Below, in pieces: positions 1 through 12,046 of a DNA stretch of 43,952 nucleotides. The notes under the pieces are model-generated. The model had not been told where the DNA came from. It ran no database searches and saw only the letters and a program-made list of their open reading frames with translations. Source of the DNA: Atractiella rhizophila (taxonomy: Eukaryota); contig MU271239.1 of the NCBI GenBank assembly GCA_021432655.1, positions 1-43,952 of the forward strand, read 5' to 3'. The position numbers and the translations under genes were made by a program. Each line of letters opens with the position of its first letter. The first letter of the stretch is position 1.

Positions 1-491
1 TCCGGGAGAGAGTGATGCACGCCTGCGTTTACACTGATGAGCAAAGTTTCCAATTGAAAGAAGACAACACACCGAGCTCGACACCGTCGGGTGTCGTCAG
101 CTTGAAGTTTCGAACCTGTCCCGCTGAGACGCCTCATTGGTACGTTATTAGTGGTGGAAGCACGAGGAAGCGTACGGGAAGCTCCGTATAGTTCGGGATG
201 TGCATAGTTTGCCTGCAGACGGAGAGACTTCATCAGGGTCGGTGAAAACGGGGGAGGGAGAAGTCACAAAGAGAGGCAACCGAATCCAGCTCAGATACAA
301 CAGTCTGTCGAGTACGACTCAGCATTTACGAAGGGTTTGAATTAAAACCAACGCTGTTTGAGCCTGTGGTGTCAGCAGGATAGATAATGCAGCAAAGTAC
401 AATGCTAAATATGACTTTCAGCTATTTCAGTCCCGAACAAAAAGTGCAACGTACAACCAAAGTAGACAGAAAATTGTCTCAAAGACACCAT
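1..491 (-). CDS. ABHD12-like alpha/beta hydrolase, 5' part (gene continues off the left edge)
   Basis: Not in the ORF track. Splicing short GT-AG introns on the minus strand gives a phase-consistent SYLALYFAALSILLTPQAQTALLYLSWIRLPLFANYAHPELYGASPGQVRNFKLTTPDGVELGVHHSLP. This is a TM anchor followed by the 'PExYG...F.L.T.DG..LG.' segment typical of fungal ABHD12/Bem46-like hydrolases. Probable ATG at 491. Confidence 0.6.
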
Positions 492-655
492 TTCACGATG
501 CAGCAATTTTGCAGGTATTCTCACAAGCGGTCGGACTTCAGGAATGCTGCGGTGAAATAAGAAAAATTAATGATAAACAGTTGTGTTTGTAACTCTAATC
601 TAATCTCGACTTCCTCTGCATGTTCTGGACATCGACAACGACCACTTCACCTAAC

Positions 656-1773
656 ATGCCTCGACGAAAAGAACCCAAGGCGACAGCAGCCGACGAACGT
701 TTGTTCTTCTCACTAGCTACTCAACTGTCCCTTTAGCTAATGCCGCGAAATGGCAGCTTCCCAGAGTACTTCTCAACTTCCCGCAGAACCCGACGAGTTC
801 GACTACGTCTCTGACGACGCAGATGATGATATGCTGGAAATAGATGACGAGATAACTATGGTTCCGTGCCAATGGGGAGATTGTCAAGAGCAGTTTTACG
901 AAATTGAGTCGCTAATAACTCATGTGCATGAGCGTATGCTATTTCCTTTTTCTCAGGGTAAAGGAGGCGTTTGAGTGATTGTTGTAACCGTCGGCAGTTC
1001 ATTGCATCCCTGAGGTCATTGACTCTTCCCAAAAACTCAAATACCAGTGCCTTTGGAACAGTTGCGCGCGGCGTGGGAAGCCACAAAGCTCACGATTCGC
1101 TTTGGTTTCTCATCTTCGTAGCCACACAGGTGAAAAGCCCTACAATTGCCCACGACCAGGTATGCAGCCTATTGCTCATACTGCATTCACTGGGCGCATA
1201 AGAAGTTAATGTGCTTTGCAGAGTGTGACAAATCATTTACTCGAACCGACGCGCTCCAAAAGCACATGAAAATTCACCACAACGAAGGTCCGTTGGTCGT
1301 GTCCAACGCTACGCCGAATAAAAGCCGCAATACACCACGAAAGGGTCGAGGAGCTGTGAAAGACGAGGACGAGTTAGAAGAAGGGGACGTGGACATGCTT
1401 CCTGCAGAGGATGAATCTGCGAATGTGGAATCAGAGGACGAACGTCCCTCTCAAGAGGAAATGCAGGCGATGAGCATGCACCCGGACAAGAGCCCTTACT
1501 TCATCCGCTACGTCATCGCCAAGGCAAAACATCGATATGCGCTCGAACATAATGAAAGCCTGAAGGTGGAGTTAGAGCAGCTGAATAGGAAGGTCCATGG
1601 GTTGTTGGCTGCGAAGGAGGAGTGCATGGATCGCATACTCAAAGCGGAGCTGGGGTACGTCCTGTCGTCTCTCAATGTGCGACAACCCTAATCGAAAGGA
1701 ATCCAGACCTGTCGCCTCAGACTTGTACGTGGATCATGGAGGGGTAGCGGGACCTCCAGGACCCCGAACTTAA
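656..1773 (+). CDS. C2H2 zinc-finger protein, Iec1 (INO80 complex, YY1/GLI-like) homolog
   Basis: ATG at 656, intron 699-756, further introns near 934, 1160 and 1655. Fingers: [66 protein letters not shown], closely resembling S. pombe Iec1. C-terminal coiled coil; stop TAA at 1771-1773. Confidence 0.8.
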
Positions 1774-2160
1774 ATTATATTGTGGCCAATTATCAATTCT
1801 GTTTCTTTACCATTTCTCTTCATAGTGTGAATCAACGCAGAATGCTATAATGTATCGGAAGCAACTGACGCCATGTGTTGACTCAATGAATGTGAGACCG
1901 GTACGAACCAGGCATTAGATTAGATTGTCCAAGCTACATGGTATTGAAATTGACCAAGTCGTAGCAGACAACGTCTGCAGCGCGAAGAGGGAGGACTCTC
2001 ATTTTTGTGGATTAAGGGGAGCAGATAACAAGACGAAATGGACAGTGGAACAGTAACATAAAACAAAGCGTGACAAGAAAGCCTCCACAATTTTTGATGG
2101 AACAGCGGAATGGAATGTTCGCAAATCAACAAACTAAAATAATTGGACTCAAAATGGTCA

Positions 2161-4417
2161 TTAGTTATTGTTAAAAACTGAATAAATCCCAATTGCAACA
2201 GCGATCACGCTTGCTGCTCCTAGATACCGCATTGTCTCCGGCTGACTCCAAAGCTTCCCTCCGTTTCGGAGGTCGCTGTTGGGTGATGCCTCTAACGACT
2301 TCGAGTGTTCCCTTGTTAAGCTGAAAGACATCTCGCTTCCTTCATCATAGAGATGAGCTGATGCAGAACCGACCGCCGTTGAGTCCGAGTCGCTGGTGAA
2401 AGCTACAACCTTTTGTGGAAGATTGTCGCTCAAAGCCTGCTCCTTCAGCGCCGCCCATTTTGACTGAGAACGGCGACTTAGAGACGACCGTCGTCGTCGT
2501 TTTCGTTTCTGTCGCAAATTCTTCCTTCCTTCCTCTTCGTTCTCATCGTTCTCTTGATTTGGAGGAGCGCCGTCGTCTGAATCAGTTTCTTCCTCCTCAC
2601 TCTCATCAGGGAGCATTTCCTTCTCAACTGACGCCTGTTTTGCCTCCCAATCATGAACAAAGTTCTGAAGCTTCGCCAGGGTATCTTGCTTCGCCTCCCA
2701 ATCATCAGCAAATGCCACGAGCCTTTCCATCATCGCCTGCTTCATTGACCAAGCGTCAACGAATTTCTTCATTTTATCATTCTCTTCTTCCGAAGCCTTT
2801 CTGTCCTGTTGCCATCCATTCTCGAAAGTGCTTCTCCATTCCTCCCACCTCTCCTTGTCGCTTTCGAGCCCTAGAACCTTGTCCTCAAGCAATCTAATCG
2901 TTTTCGATGCTTGATCATGTCGAGCCATAAGGGCATTCGAAAGGTTTGCAGCCTCTTCAAGCTGTGCCGAAAGTTTTTCAATCCTTTCCGTCAGTGCCGT
3001 ATTCTGATCCTGGAGCTGTTGAGTGAGATTGTCGATCCTAGTAGTGTTGGCATCAAAGAGGATCCCATTGGTCATCGTAGCTGCCTCCGCCACTCCTTCA
3101 TTCATAACCGCTTTCTTACGACTAAGTCCGATTCCTGCCACGTTCAAACCGCGGACGGTATCCATATTCATCACCGGCCACTCCTCTTCATCCTCATCCT
3201 TCTCTTCGAGCATCATCGGGACTGGGCTCACCCTCCCGGTCGCATTTCCGTTCTTTTCCCTCTCGCGTTCTCTCTCCCTCTCTTTCATCGCTTCTTCCAT
3301 CCCCCTCTTGCTATCTTCCATCACTCCTTTCATTTCTGACATCTCCCGTTTCAGACTCTCATGTTCAGCCAGCAGAGATTCAAGATTTCCCATCCGCTCT
3401 GTATGCGAGGTGAGAGAAGCTTGCGTCTCTGACAATTGGTTCTGCAGGGCCGTGATGGTGGATCCGTAATCCTTGGCAGCGGGAAGCATGGGTGGAGCAC
3501 GGGGAGAAAAGGGAGGTATCTGCTTCGGTGAAATGGGAGGTGGGACTGATTGACCACCATTTATAGTCTCGTGAATAGATCCCATTATGTTCGTGACAAC
3601 GTTCAGCTCGTTAGTCGTCTCTTTTGACTTCTGGATCTCATGCTGTGTGTGCACCAACACGATCAAAACTTGTTCAAAGATAGACCGTGTGCAACAGAAA
3701 ATCGCACCTGGAGATGGCTGAAGAGCTGATCAAAGTTTAGCCCTACACTCCCTCCAGCCTTGCCACGACGATGAAGTGGACTCTCTCCCACACTTAAAAA
3801 CCAAGCGTTCAAATCCCTACAGCAATATGTCCCGTCAGCTTGGGTCAACGCTTTTGCAAAGATGGTTGGCGTACCTCGAAGAAGCAACTGCATCTTCGGC
3901 GTTGAGGACGAGGAAGACCTTGGCCGACACCTTGTGGTGAACGATCATCTTGTTGTCCTCCGACATGATATCAATTCCGAATTCCTATGCGGTGAAGTCC
4001 TCAGTACCGTACTCCAAGACGCAGAAGGCTGCTTACCACCATGTCATCAGTATGTAATTCCCAAGGCTGACTCTCCACGCCTTCAGTACTGAGCCGAGTT
4101 CCATTTATGAAAGTCCCATTAGCAGACTTGACATCCTTGATAAATACTTTCCCTCCCTCGTACCACACCTCCGCATGCATCCGACTTAACACCTTCGACT
4201 CAAAATATCCATTCCTATCATTCGGCGCCGTCTTTGCATTCGTTTGCCTCCCTATTCTCACCCTAGTGCCAGGGGGGCTGAGGGAGATTTGCTTGGGGAC
4301 GAAGCTGTCGTTGATCGGCGTAAGATGGAGGGAAGGGTAAATCGAACGCGAGTTAGAGTTCGTGGTCGTAGATGGATGATGGGACTGCAGAGAGGATGGA
4401 GGCTGGTGCTGATACAT
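2161..4417 (-). CDS. FHA-domain, coiled-coil, tail-anchored SLMAP/Vps64(Far9)/Far10-like STRIPAK subunit, copy A (short N-terminus)
   Basis: FHA motifs IGRQTNAKTAPNDRNGYFESKVLSRMHAEVW and DVKSANGTFING. Three introns (about 3985-4036, 3817-3874, 3643-3707) join ORF 4001-4417 to ORF 2161-3666. Long coiled coil; C-terminal TM YLGAASVIAVAIGIYSVF. Confidence 0.85.
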
Positions 4418-4659
4418 AGATGAATGGGTGTTTGCCGTTGTCGGGTTGGGTTGCGTCGACGATGAAGAGGCGGGGGGAAATGCAACGGTAGAGGTCGAGG
4501 GAAAGGATGCGGAACTAGTTCGAGGTGGACTACTCGTCCTGGGATTGGTTTGGTAGGCTGCTCACGTCGTAATCAACATCCGAGTTACATAATCAGATTA
4601 CGAGCAGAAAGAAACGTTGGTGTCTGTCCGAAGTTCAGTCCATGCAAAAGGCATGAATC

Positions 4660-5883
4660 ATGCCATAAGTAGTCCATTGTTTATCCCAGGAATGGTCCAA
4701 CATTTTGCAAGCATAAGGATGCGATATGTCGGTAGAGTTCCTCCGTTATCTGAGTCAAGCTGCCATTGCGACACTCCTCGCAAACAGAAGTTGCGTGCAA
4801 TGCCAGTACTCTTCTCTAGAGCTTCTACCTAGTCTGAGCGACTAGAGTTATTCGATGCAGGTCACAGTGGGGACCGTGGGACTCTTCTCCCTACCTGATC
4901 GTCGTTCGGCTGCCTTGTTCTTGAACATAGAACCGGCTCTGATCAGTGATATTACAATATATCATAATCCTTTGTCATTTCTTGGAGATAGGACACGTTG
5001 CCTTCAGAAGGAGCAGCCATGTTTTAATCGTGTTTGTCTCCTTGGCATTCAGTTGTAGCCTACGTACAACCGGTGGCCGACTCCTCTGACAATGGATGAT
5101 AATTCAACCCCACGGTTCAATCGAGAGGGTGAAAGTGGTGCATTGTGTCAGAAAAAGAAGACATAAATATCAAAGGTTGTAGAACAAGTCGGGCTCCATT
5201 TTTCCCAGACAACTGGGAACGCTGAACAGCGTCCTTGGATGGTGGATCCAACCTGTGCAGATTTGTACCGCCGATGAGAAGATTACAAGCTGACCTCACG
5301 TGTCATGCTGTCATGCTGGGGAGGGTAAGGAAACAGGATGTCTTTCCCTAACGCGCAGAACTAAGGCTGATGTAACCTAAACACCTTCTCCACTAACGAG
5401 TATCGTGTGCAAAAGCCGCTTTCAGTCGAGAAAACGATTTATTCATTTCCTCCTTCTGGGCGGAGTTGGTGACCGACTTCCACGGAAGAAAGGGAAGCGA
5501 GGTGTCTATTTACAGTAGTACACCACAGTGTCAAACGATGCAACTGCTCTCATCACCAGTGCCAAAAAATATCGAAACAAAAAGCACTTCTCTCCCCACC
5601 ATGAAAAAAAAACTGAGAACCCACCTTGTCCTTGTGCCTCAACTTGAGCATCAACACCTTCAACTGCCTCTACCCTCCCCTGGGTCTGTATCGCGTTTCC
5701 GTTGCTCCAAGCACTCTCCGTATCACTACTCTCGGCTACCATAGCAGTAATATCTCCTTCCGAGCTCATAACATCGACGACTTGGTCTGAATGAGAGGTC
5801 GAGCTTGCTGGGTCTGTGAACGCCTCACTGGTGCTGACATGGGTACTGGCGGGAGTAAGAGTGGGTTGGGCCGAGAAATCCAT
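4660..5883 (-). CDS. Possible small multi-exon hypothetical gene
   Basis: ATG at 5883 opens a Ser/Thr-rich exon ending at a GTGGGT donor near 5623. Intron-like segments follow downstream, but I could not build one unambiguous model. The 3' end is uncertain. Confidence 0.3.
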
Positions 5884-6864
5884 GATGAGTTCATAAAAAC
5901 AAGAAGTGGAGAAGTGAGGCTGGTTGCTTTCGGTCGTCGAAATCCCCGTGACGCGTGACTACGCGCATTATTTCGCGTACGTGCAGCGTTACAATTGATG
6001 CATGCATTGCATATTTATTTGTAAGCTCACTTTGGCTCACTCAATGATTTTATTTTGACCAAGGGAACAAATGCAACCTAGCCTGGAGGTGCCAGTGGTT
6101 CTGTGGAACAAACATGATTGCTCGTGTAAGTGCACCTGTTTCCTGACACTGATTGTCTCCAACTCGTCATCATGATTGTACTGATACTGATAGGAAATGA
6201 TCAAATATTGATTAACCACGAATAACCAACATTCACATTGTTGCAAGTACGACTTCTCATGCTCAGTGTCCCTGTTGCAGCTGATCCCGTTTCTAGACCA
6301 ATGTTAATGATCCTGAGTCGACTTCGAGTCCCCAAATGAGATTGCGATCAAGACGATCAAATATATGTTGCTGAAAATATTTGCGACAGTGTTCGAGAGC
6401 GAAGGCAAGATAAGATGAGATCGTTCCAGTGTAGATCGTTATTAAGATATGCGAAGCCGTCAAGCTGGCGCAGCACAGTCGAAATGAGGTGCACACTGCA
6501 TTTTTAGAGTAAAGTAGTAGAGCAGACGAAGTACGAGTAGAAAAAATGGCATCGAGTTGATGTGAGGAAATGGAGGTAGAAGTGGAGTCGTATTTTCGTT
6601 GAGGAGGTACGCAAGTAATCGGAGGAACGAGGGTAGTCGAAAAGTACAGTTGCCGATTGTTTTTCGTCGAGATGATGGAGAGGCGATAGAAACAAACGTC
6701 AGATCTGCTTGAACGATATAAAAAAAGAGAAAACGAAACGGAAAAGGACCAGTAAAACATATGGAGCAGAGAAAATGAAATAGAAAAGCTTTAAACAACG
6801 AAAGAACGAAACTGAATGGCACAGACCGAAATCAACCAACTCGAGACAAGAAGGCAGGTAGAAA

Positions 6865-9391
6865 TCAATCCTTGACCTTGCTGAAAACCGTGTAAATTCC
6901 CACTGCAACAGCGACCACTCCTGCTGCTCCAAGATATTGCATCGTTTCTGGTTGACTCCAAAGCGCTTGATTTCCGCCACCTCGGAAGTCACCTTTGGAG
7001 GACGGCTCCAGCGCCTTGCCGTTCCCTTTCGAAGGGCTGAACGACGACACATCGCTCCCTGCGTCTGTATGACGATGTGCTGAACCAGAACCGACGGCTG
7101 TCGAATCCGAATCGCTAGTAAAAGCTCCAATCTTCCGTGGAAGGTTGTCGGTCGCGTCCTCGGTCAATGTCGTCCGTTTCGAAAGAGAGCGGCGAGAGGG
7201 AGAAGACCGCCGTCTGCGTCTTCGTTTCGGTCTCGAGCTCTTTCCCTCTTCCCCTCCCTCAGCCTCATTCTCTCCGTTTCGAGGGGTGCCTTCGTCCGAA
7301 TCGCTCTCGTCATCCGACTGTTCATCCAACAGCCGCTGCTTCTCAATGGCAGCCTGTTTCACTTCCCAATCACTAACAAACTGCTTGAGTTTTTCTCTCT
7401 CCTCCTCCCACGCCTTCCTATCCTGCTGCCACTCGGCCTCGAACTTACTTCTCCATCCCTGCCATTTCTGACCCTCGTTCTCCAGTCCCGAGATCTTCTC
7501 TTCGAGTAACCGAATGGTAGTAGAAGCATGGTCGTGTTGAGCTTTAAGAGCGTCGGAGAGCTTCGCGGCTTCTTGCAATTGGAGCGAGAGTTTCTCGATC
7601 CTTTCCGTCAAAGCCGCATTTTGAGCCTGAAGCTGTTCAGCAAGAGCGTCAATCTTCTCCGTATTGGGGTCAACAAGGATTCCATTCGGCATAGCATGGA
7701 CCGGCGGGGCTTCCTTTAGTCCTTCCTTCATGACTCCTTTTCCGCGTCCAATGCCAATTCCCGCCACCTTCAATCCACGAACTGTATCCATATTCTTGGC
7801 CGATCCATTCTCATCATCCTCATCCTCCTGTTCGAGCATCATCGGTACCGGACTCACTCTCCCGCCACTGGCATCCTCCGCCTTTTCCCTCTCCTCCTGT
7901 TCCCTCATCTTCTCCCTCTCCCTCTCTCTCATCACCTCCTCCACCTCCCTCTTACTCTCTTCCATTACACCTCTCATCTCCGACACTTCCCTTTTCAAAC
8001 TCTCATGTTCGGCTAATAGAGATTCAAGGTTTCTCATCCGCTCGGTATGCGAGGCAAGAGAAGCTTGAGTGTCCGATAACTGGTTCTGGAGTGAAGTAAT
8101 GGTGGATCCATAATCCTTTGTGCCCGGAAGCATGGGAGGGACGCGGGGAGGAAAGGGAGGGATTTGGTTTGCTGAAATGGGAGGAGGGTTAGAGACGCCA
8201 CCATTCATGGTCTCATGGATGGAACCCATGGTGCTCGTGATCCCGTTCAACTCCGAGTTCGTCTCTTTCGACTTCTGAATCTCATTCTACCACACATAGC
8301 ATCAATATCGATGCTCAGGAGCGAAGGATGAAAGAGGTTCACGCACTTGGAGACGACTCAGAACGTGATCGAAGCCCAGAACTCCAGCTCCTCCAGGCTT
8401 GCCTCGACGATGGAGCGGACTCTCCCCCACGCTCCTGAACCAAGCGCTCAGATCTCTGCACGCAGGAAACTGTCAGTCTAATCTAATAGACCTGGAATAA
8501 GAAACGGCCTTGCCTGGAAGAAGCTATTGCGTCTTCGGCGTTGAGGACGAGGAAGACCTTTGCCGACACCTTATGATGAACGATGGTCTTGTTATCCTCA
8601 GACACAATGTCAATTCCGAATTCCTACGTCCCACCGCATCCCGTCAGCTCTCGCGATAAGGCAAGGACTGGGAGTAGCCTTACAACAACATCGTCCGTAT
8701 GGAGTTCCCACGGTTCGCTCTCCACGCTCTCCGGACTAAGCCGATCACCATTGATGAAAGTTCCATTACTGGACTTGACATCCTTAATAAAGACCTTCCC
8801 ATCCTCACACCAAACCTCGGCATGCATCCTACTCAAGACCTTCGAATCGAAATATCCATTCCTATCATTCGGCACCGTTTTCGCATTCGTCTGTCTCCCA
8901 ATCTTCACTCTCGTACCAGGCGGATTAAGGGAGATCTGTTTCGGTACAAAGGTATCGTTCAAAGGTGTGAGGTGCAGAGAAGGATAGACGGAGATCGAAG
9001 AAGAGTTCGAGTTCGCGGTTGCGGTCTGCGAATGCGGAGCAGGTTGGGGAGGCTGCGCTTGATAGACTGGGGGATTGGTCGATGCTGAGCTCGTCTGATT
9101 GGACGAGGCTGGGATACCAGTGATGGTTGAGGTGGACGAGGCGGAGTTGGTCCGGTGAGGACGCGTTTTGGGATTCGTGAGGTAGGCTTCTTGGGCGGCA
9201 AGTGCGTAGGCATGGATATCCGGCGGTTTGAGATTGCCATTGGAGTCGTGAGATGGTCGGAGTTCGGTCGTGAAGGAGAAGGAAGTGAGGAAAGGAGGAG
9301 AAGGAGATATGTCAGCATTTGAATTTGAGTTCGGAGGAGGGAAAGAGGGAGGGACAGAGTGGGGAAAAGAAGTGGAAGGGGAGGAATCCAT
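6865..9391 (-). CDS. FHA-domain, coiled-coil, tail-anchored SLMAP/Vps64(Far9)/Far10-like STRIPAK subunit, copy B (full length)
   Basis: FHA motifs IGRQTNAKTVPNDRNGYFDSKVLSRMHAEVW and DVKSSNGTFING. Same three intron positions as copy A (second intron is GC-AG, 8456-8513). C-terminal TM YLGAAGVVAVAVGIYTVF then SKVKD. Confidence 0.9.
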
Positions 9392-9873
9392 CGATGATGC
9401 CTCGATTACGGACAGAAATGTATTATCCTTGGAGAAATAAGAAGCAAATTATCCGAGAGAAGGAACAAAGCAGGAAGAGTCCCGAACTCATACCGCCATC
9501 AAAGAACAATAATTTGCTTGCCACGACACCTTTGACAATAACATCATCACGACGGCGCTTGTTTCTGGATTCAAGTTATGTCGCATATCAAGATACTCGT
9601 CATCAAACAGGGTCGTGGAGCGAGGAAGCTCTCCACCCTCAGCGACTAAGAATGAGAACGAGCATTCGGCCGAGCCGAACAGCAGGCAAGCACTTGCCGA
9701 CCCCTCCATTGAAGTGCACCGAGCCACGGTAGGGAACAAGTAAGACTTCTCTTTATAAAGGAAATGAGACGATTTTCTATCCATCGACAGCGCTCCACTG
9801 CTGCATGGTGTCGCGTGCGGCGACCAGAGGAACGCCGAAAAGAAAGGGAAAAAATCAAACATGATGCTCTACA

Positions 9874-10545
9874 TTACAGGCATTGCGGCTTGAATGCATG
9901 AGGATAGTAGTGCGAACAAGAAAGCAAAGGCAACACCGTCCCTCCATTGAATAGGATTAGATTGACAGGGAGGAACCCACCTTCTCCGGCAATTCCATTC
10001 ACACCTCCACCCACACCTCTCTCCTGAGTCTGCGTCTGCGTTCCTTCGCTCAAACCCGAACTATTTCCATTGACACCCAACCCGCTGGTCCATCCACCAC
10101 CTCCAGTTCCACCTCCACCTCCGAACGCCCCTGTGCCATTCACGACGCCCTTCCCACCACCTCTCCCCATTGTCGACTCTGGGGTAAGAGCTGGCGGAGA
10201 CGGAGAAGGAGATGTCGAGATCATCTGATAGTCGTTCGTAGTGGACGGAGTAGAAATAGGGGAGCCCGTCGCTGCACCGTTCGAGTTCGTGCCTACGTGA
10301 TTGAGGACGTTCCTGGTAACCCCGTGACCTGCGACCTGGGCACCGGCGGGGGAGGCAGACGGACTGGGGAGGTTTACGGCGGATGTGGACGGGGACTCGG
10401 GTGCGAATGTGGGTGTGGTTGTGACGTTTGCGGAGGGGAAGGGGAGGGGGAGTTCGTGCGTGGCTGTGGGCTCGGTGGCTGGGCTGAGGCTGCTGGGGAG
10501 TGTGGATGGGAGGGCTGGCTGGACGGAGGGTGGCGAGGAGGTCAT
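9874..10545 (-). CDS. Pro/Ser/Thr- then Gly-rich low-complexity hypothetical protein (first exon; 3' structure uncertain)
   Basis: Long ORF with a plausible ATG at 10545 (MTSSPPSVQP) and a GTGGGT donor near 9980. No recognisable domain. Confidence 0.45.
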   Translation of the reverse strand: MTSSPPSVQPALPSTLPSSLSPATEPTATHELPLPFPSANVTTTPTFAPESPSTSAVNLPSPSASPAGAQVAGHGVTRNVLNHVGTNSNGAATGSPISTPSTTNDYQMISTSPSPSPPALTPESTMGRGGGKGVVNGTGAFGGGGGTGGGGWTSGLGVNGNSSGLSEGTQTQTQERGVGGGVNGIAGEGGFLPVNLILFNGGTVLPLLSCSHYYPHAFKPQCL

Positions 10546-10860
10546 GGCGAGTGCATAAATAAGGTGATGCTGTGAAGTGAGGTCGTTCGGCAAAAGTGGA
10601 TCAAGAGAATGCAGTTGCTGCGGAAGGGGTATGAACTTTATTTGCGAGCAATAACGCCAAATGAACACATTTTGGTAAATAGCCTCAATGCTGGTCTAAT
10701 ATACAATAGGTGGACATCTCGGAGACGAAGGAATTCGTAATGAGATGGATCACAAGTCCAGAATGTCAGAATTCATGGGACTGACTTCCTAAACGTCGTC
10801 GAATCGGGGTGCGAGTGGTGATCGCTAGCTCGAATGGAAAGAAAGTAGGGGAAGATGAGA

Positions 10861-11692
10861 TCAGTCTCCTTTCATAAGCTTCTTCCTCTTCTTCCTCTCC
10901 CTCCGTTCCTCCTTACTCTCTCCATCCTTCTTCTTCTTCTTCTTCGCCTTCTTCCGTGCCTCCTTCTTCCGCTCCTCAATCAAAAATTCTGCCATCGGAT
11001 CGTCAGGGTCGATACCATCCAAGTTCACCTCCACGTCCGATTCTTCGTCTACCCACGAACAAAAGATTTTAAAAAGGGACAGGGAAAGGAGGACAGGACG
11101 AACCTTTAGATGGGTTGTAAAATAGCTCAGGAGCCGCGTTCCTGCTCTCAGTCTCCCGCTCGACCATCTTCCCTTCCTCGTTCCTCTCCAACTGCTTATA
11201 CTTCTCCGTGTGATCCACTTTCAATGTCCTATCACCAAGCAATGATTAATTAATATCAATAACCCTTCAAAAAAAAAGTAAAAAAACAACATGAAGAGTA
11301 AAAAGGGAGAAACGGAGAAAAGAGAAACACATACCTCCCCAAGACCTGAGCTCCATTCAAATTATCCACCGCAAGCACGGTACTCCTCTGATCAGCATAC
11401 ATGAGCCAAGCGAACCCTCTATTCGTGTACGGCGGCTCCTTCGTCTTCGGCATGTTGATATCCACCGGTTCCCCATATTGAGAAAAAATAGTGATCACAT
11501 CCCCCTCCGTCAGTTGCTTGTGCAGTCCTCCGATGTGAATGTACGCGCTATCCTTGTATCGGTCGTGCCATGAACCTTTGTTGGACACGCCAGAGGCGAG
11601 CTCGAGCTCGTTGAGACGGTTGATCTCTTTGACGACGCTAGGAGGAATGAGTTAAGAAGAAACCTTTGGGAGGTGTGAGGGACGAACTTCAT
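10861..11692 (-). CDS. IST3: RES complex / U2 snRNP RRM protein Ist3/Snu17 (RBMX2, Cwf29)
   Basis: Spliced product [83 protein letters not shown], then DDPMAEFL and a Lys/Glu-rich tail. These are diagnostic RBMX2/Ist3 motifs. Confidence 0.93.
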
Positions 11693-12046
11693 GCTGTTTA
11701 GACTTGTGACCTGAACTTGAGGTCACACCTCACAACTTCACTCTTAACCACTGTTGCCACACTTGCCGCGAGCTCCCGTATAACCGACGACTTGAGGGAC
11801 GGCTAGGGAAGCAAGAAGAAAGTGTTTGAAGCAGGTTTGGGACTCACGCGTTCGTTGTTGATACTTCCAAACCTTATCTCAGGCACTAAAGAATGCTTTT
11901 CCTTGTGTCTATTGTTTGTTTCGGATCCGCTGATAAAGCATCAGCTTGGAACTCAAAGAACCATAGCCTTATCTCTCAACTCTCAACGTCTTGTTAGCAT
12001 TATATAATCAAAAACCCACTTATTCGTGACTATAGAACGATTCACC

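Noticed and set aside
6293..6822. Hydrophobic ORFs downstream of SLMAP copy B
   Set aside because: T-rich 3' UTR-like sequence with no coding features.
10297..10575. Cys/Gly-rich ORF resembling a metallothionein (CECGCGCDVC)
   Set aside because: It lies antisense to a Pro/Thr-rich ORF, which generates TGT/GGT codons, and has no true ATG start.
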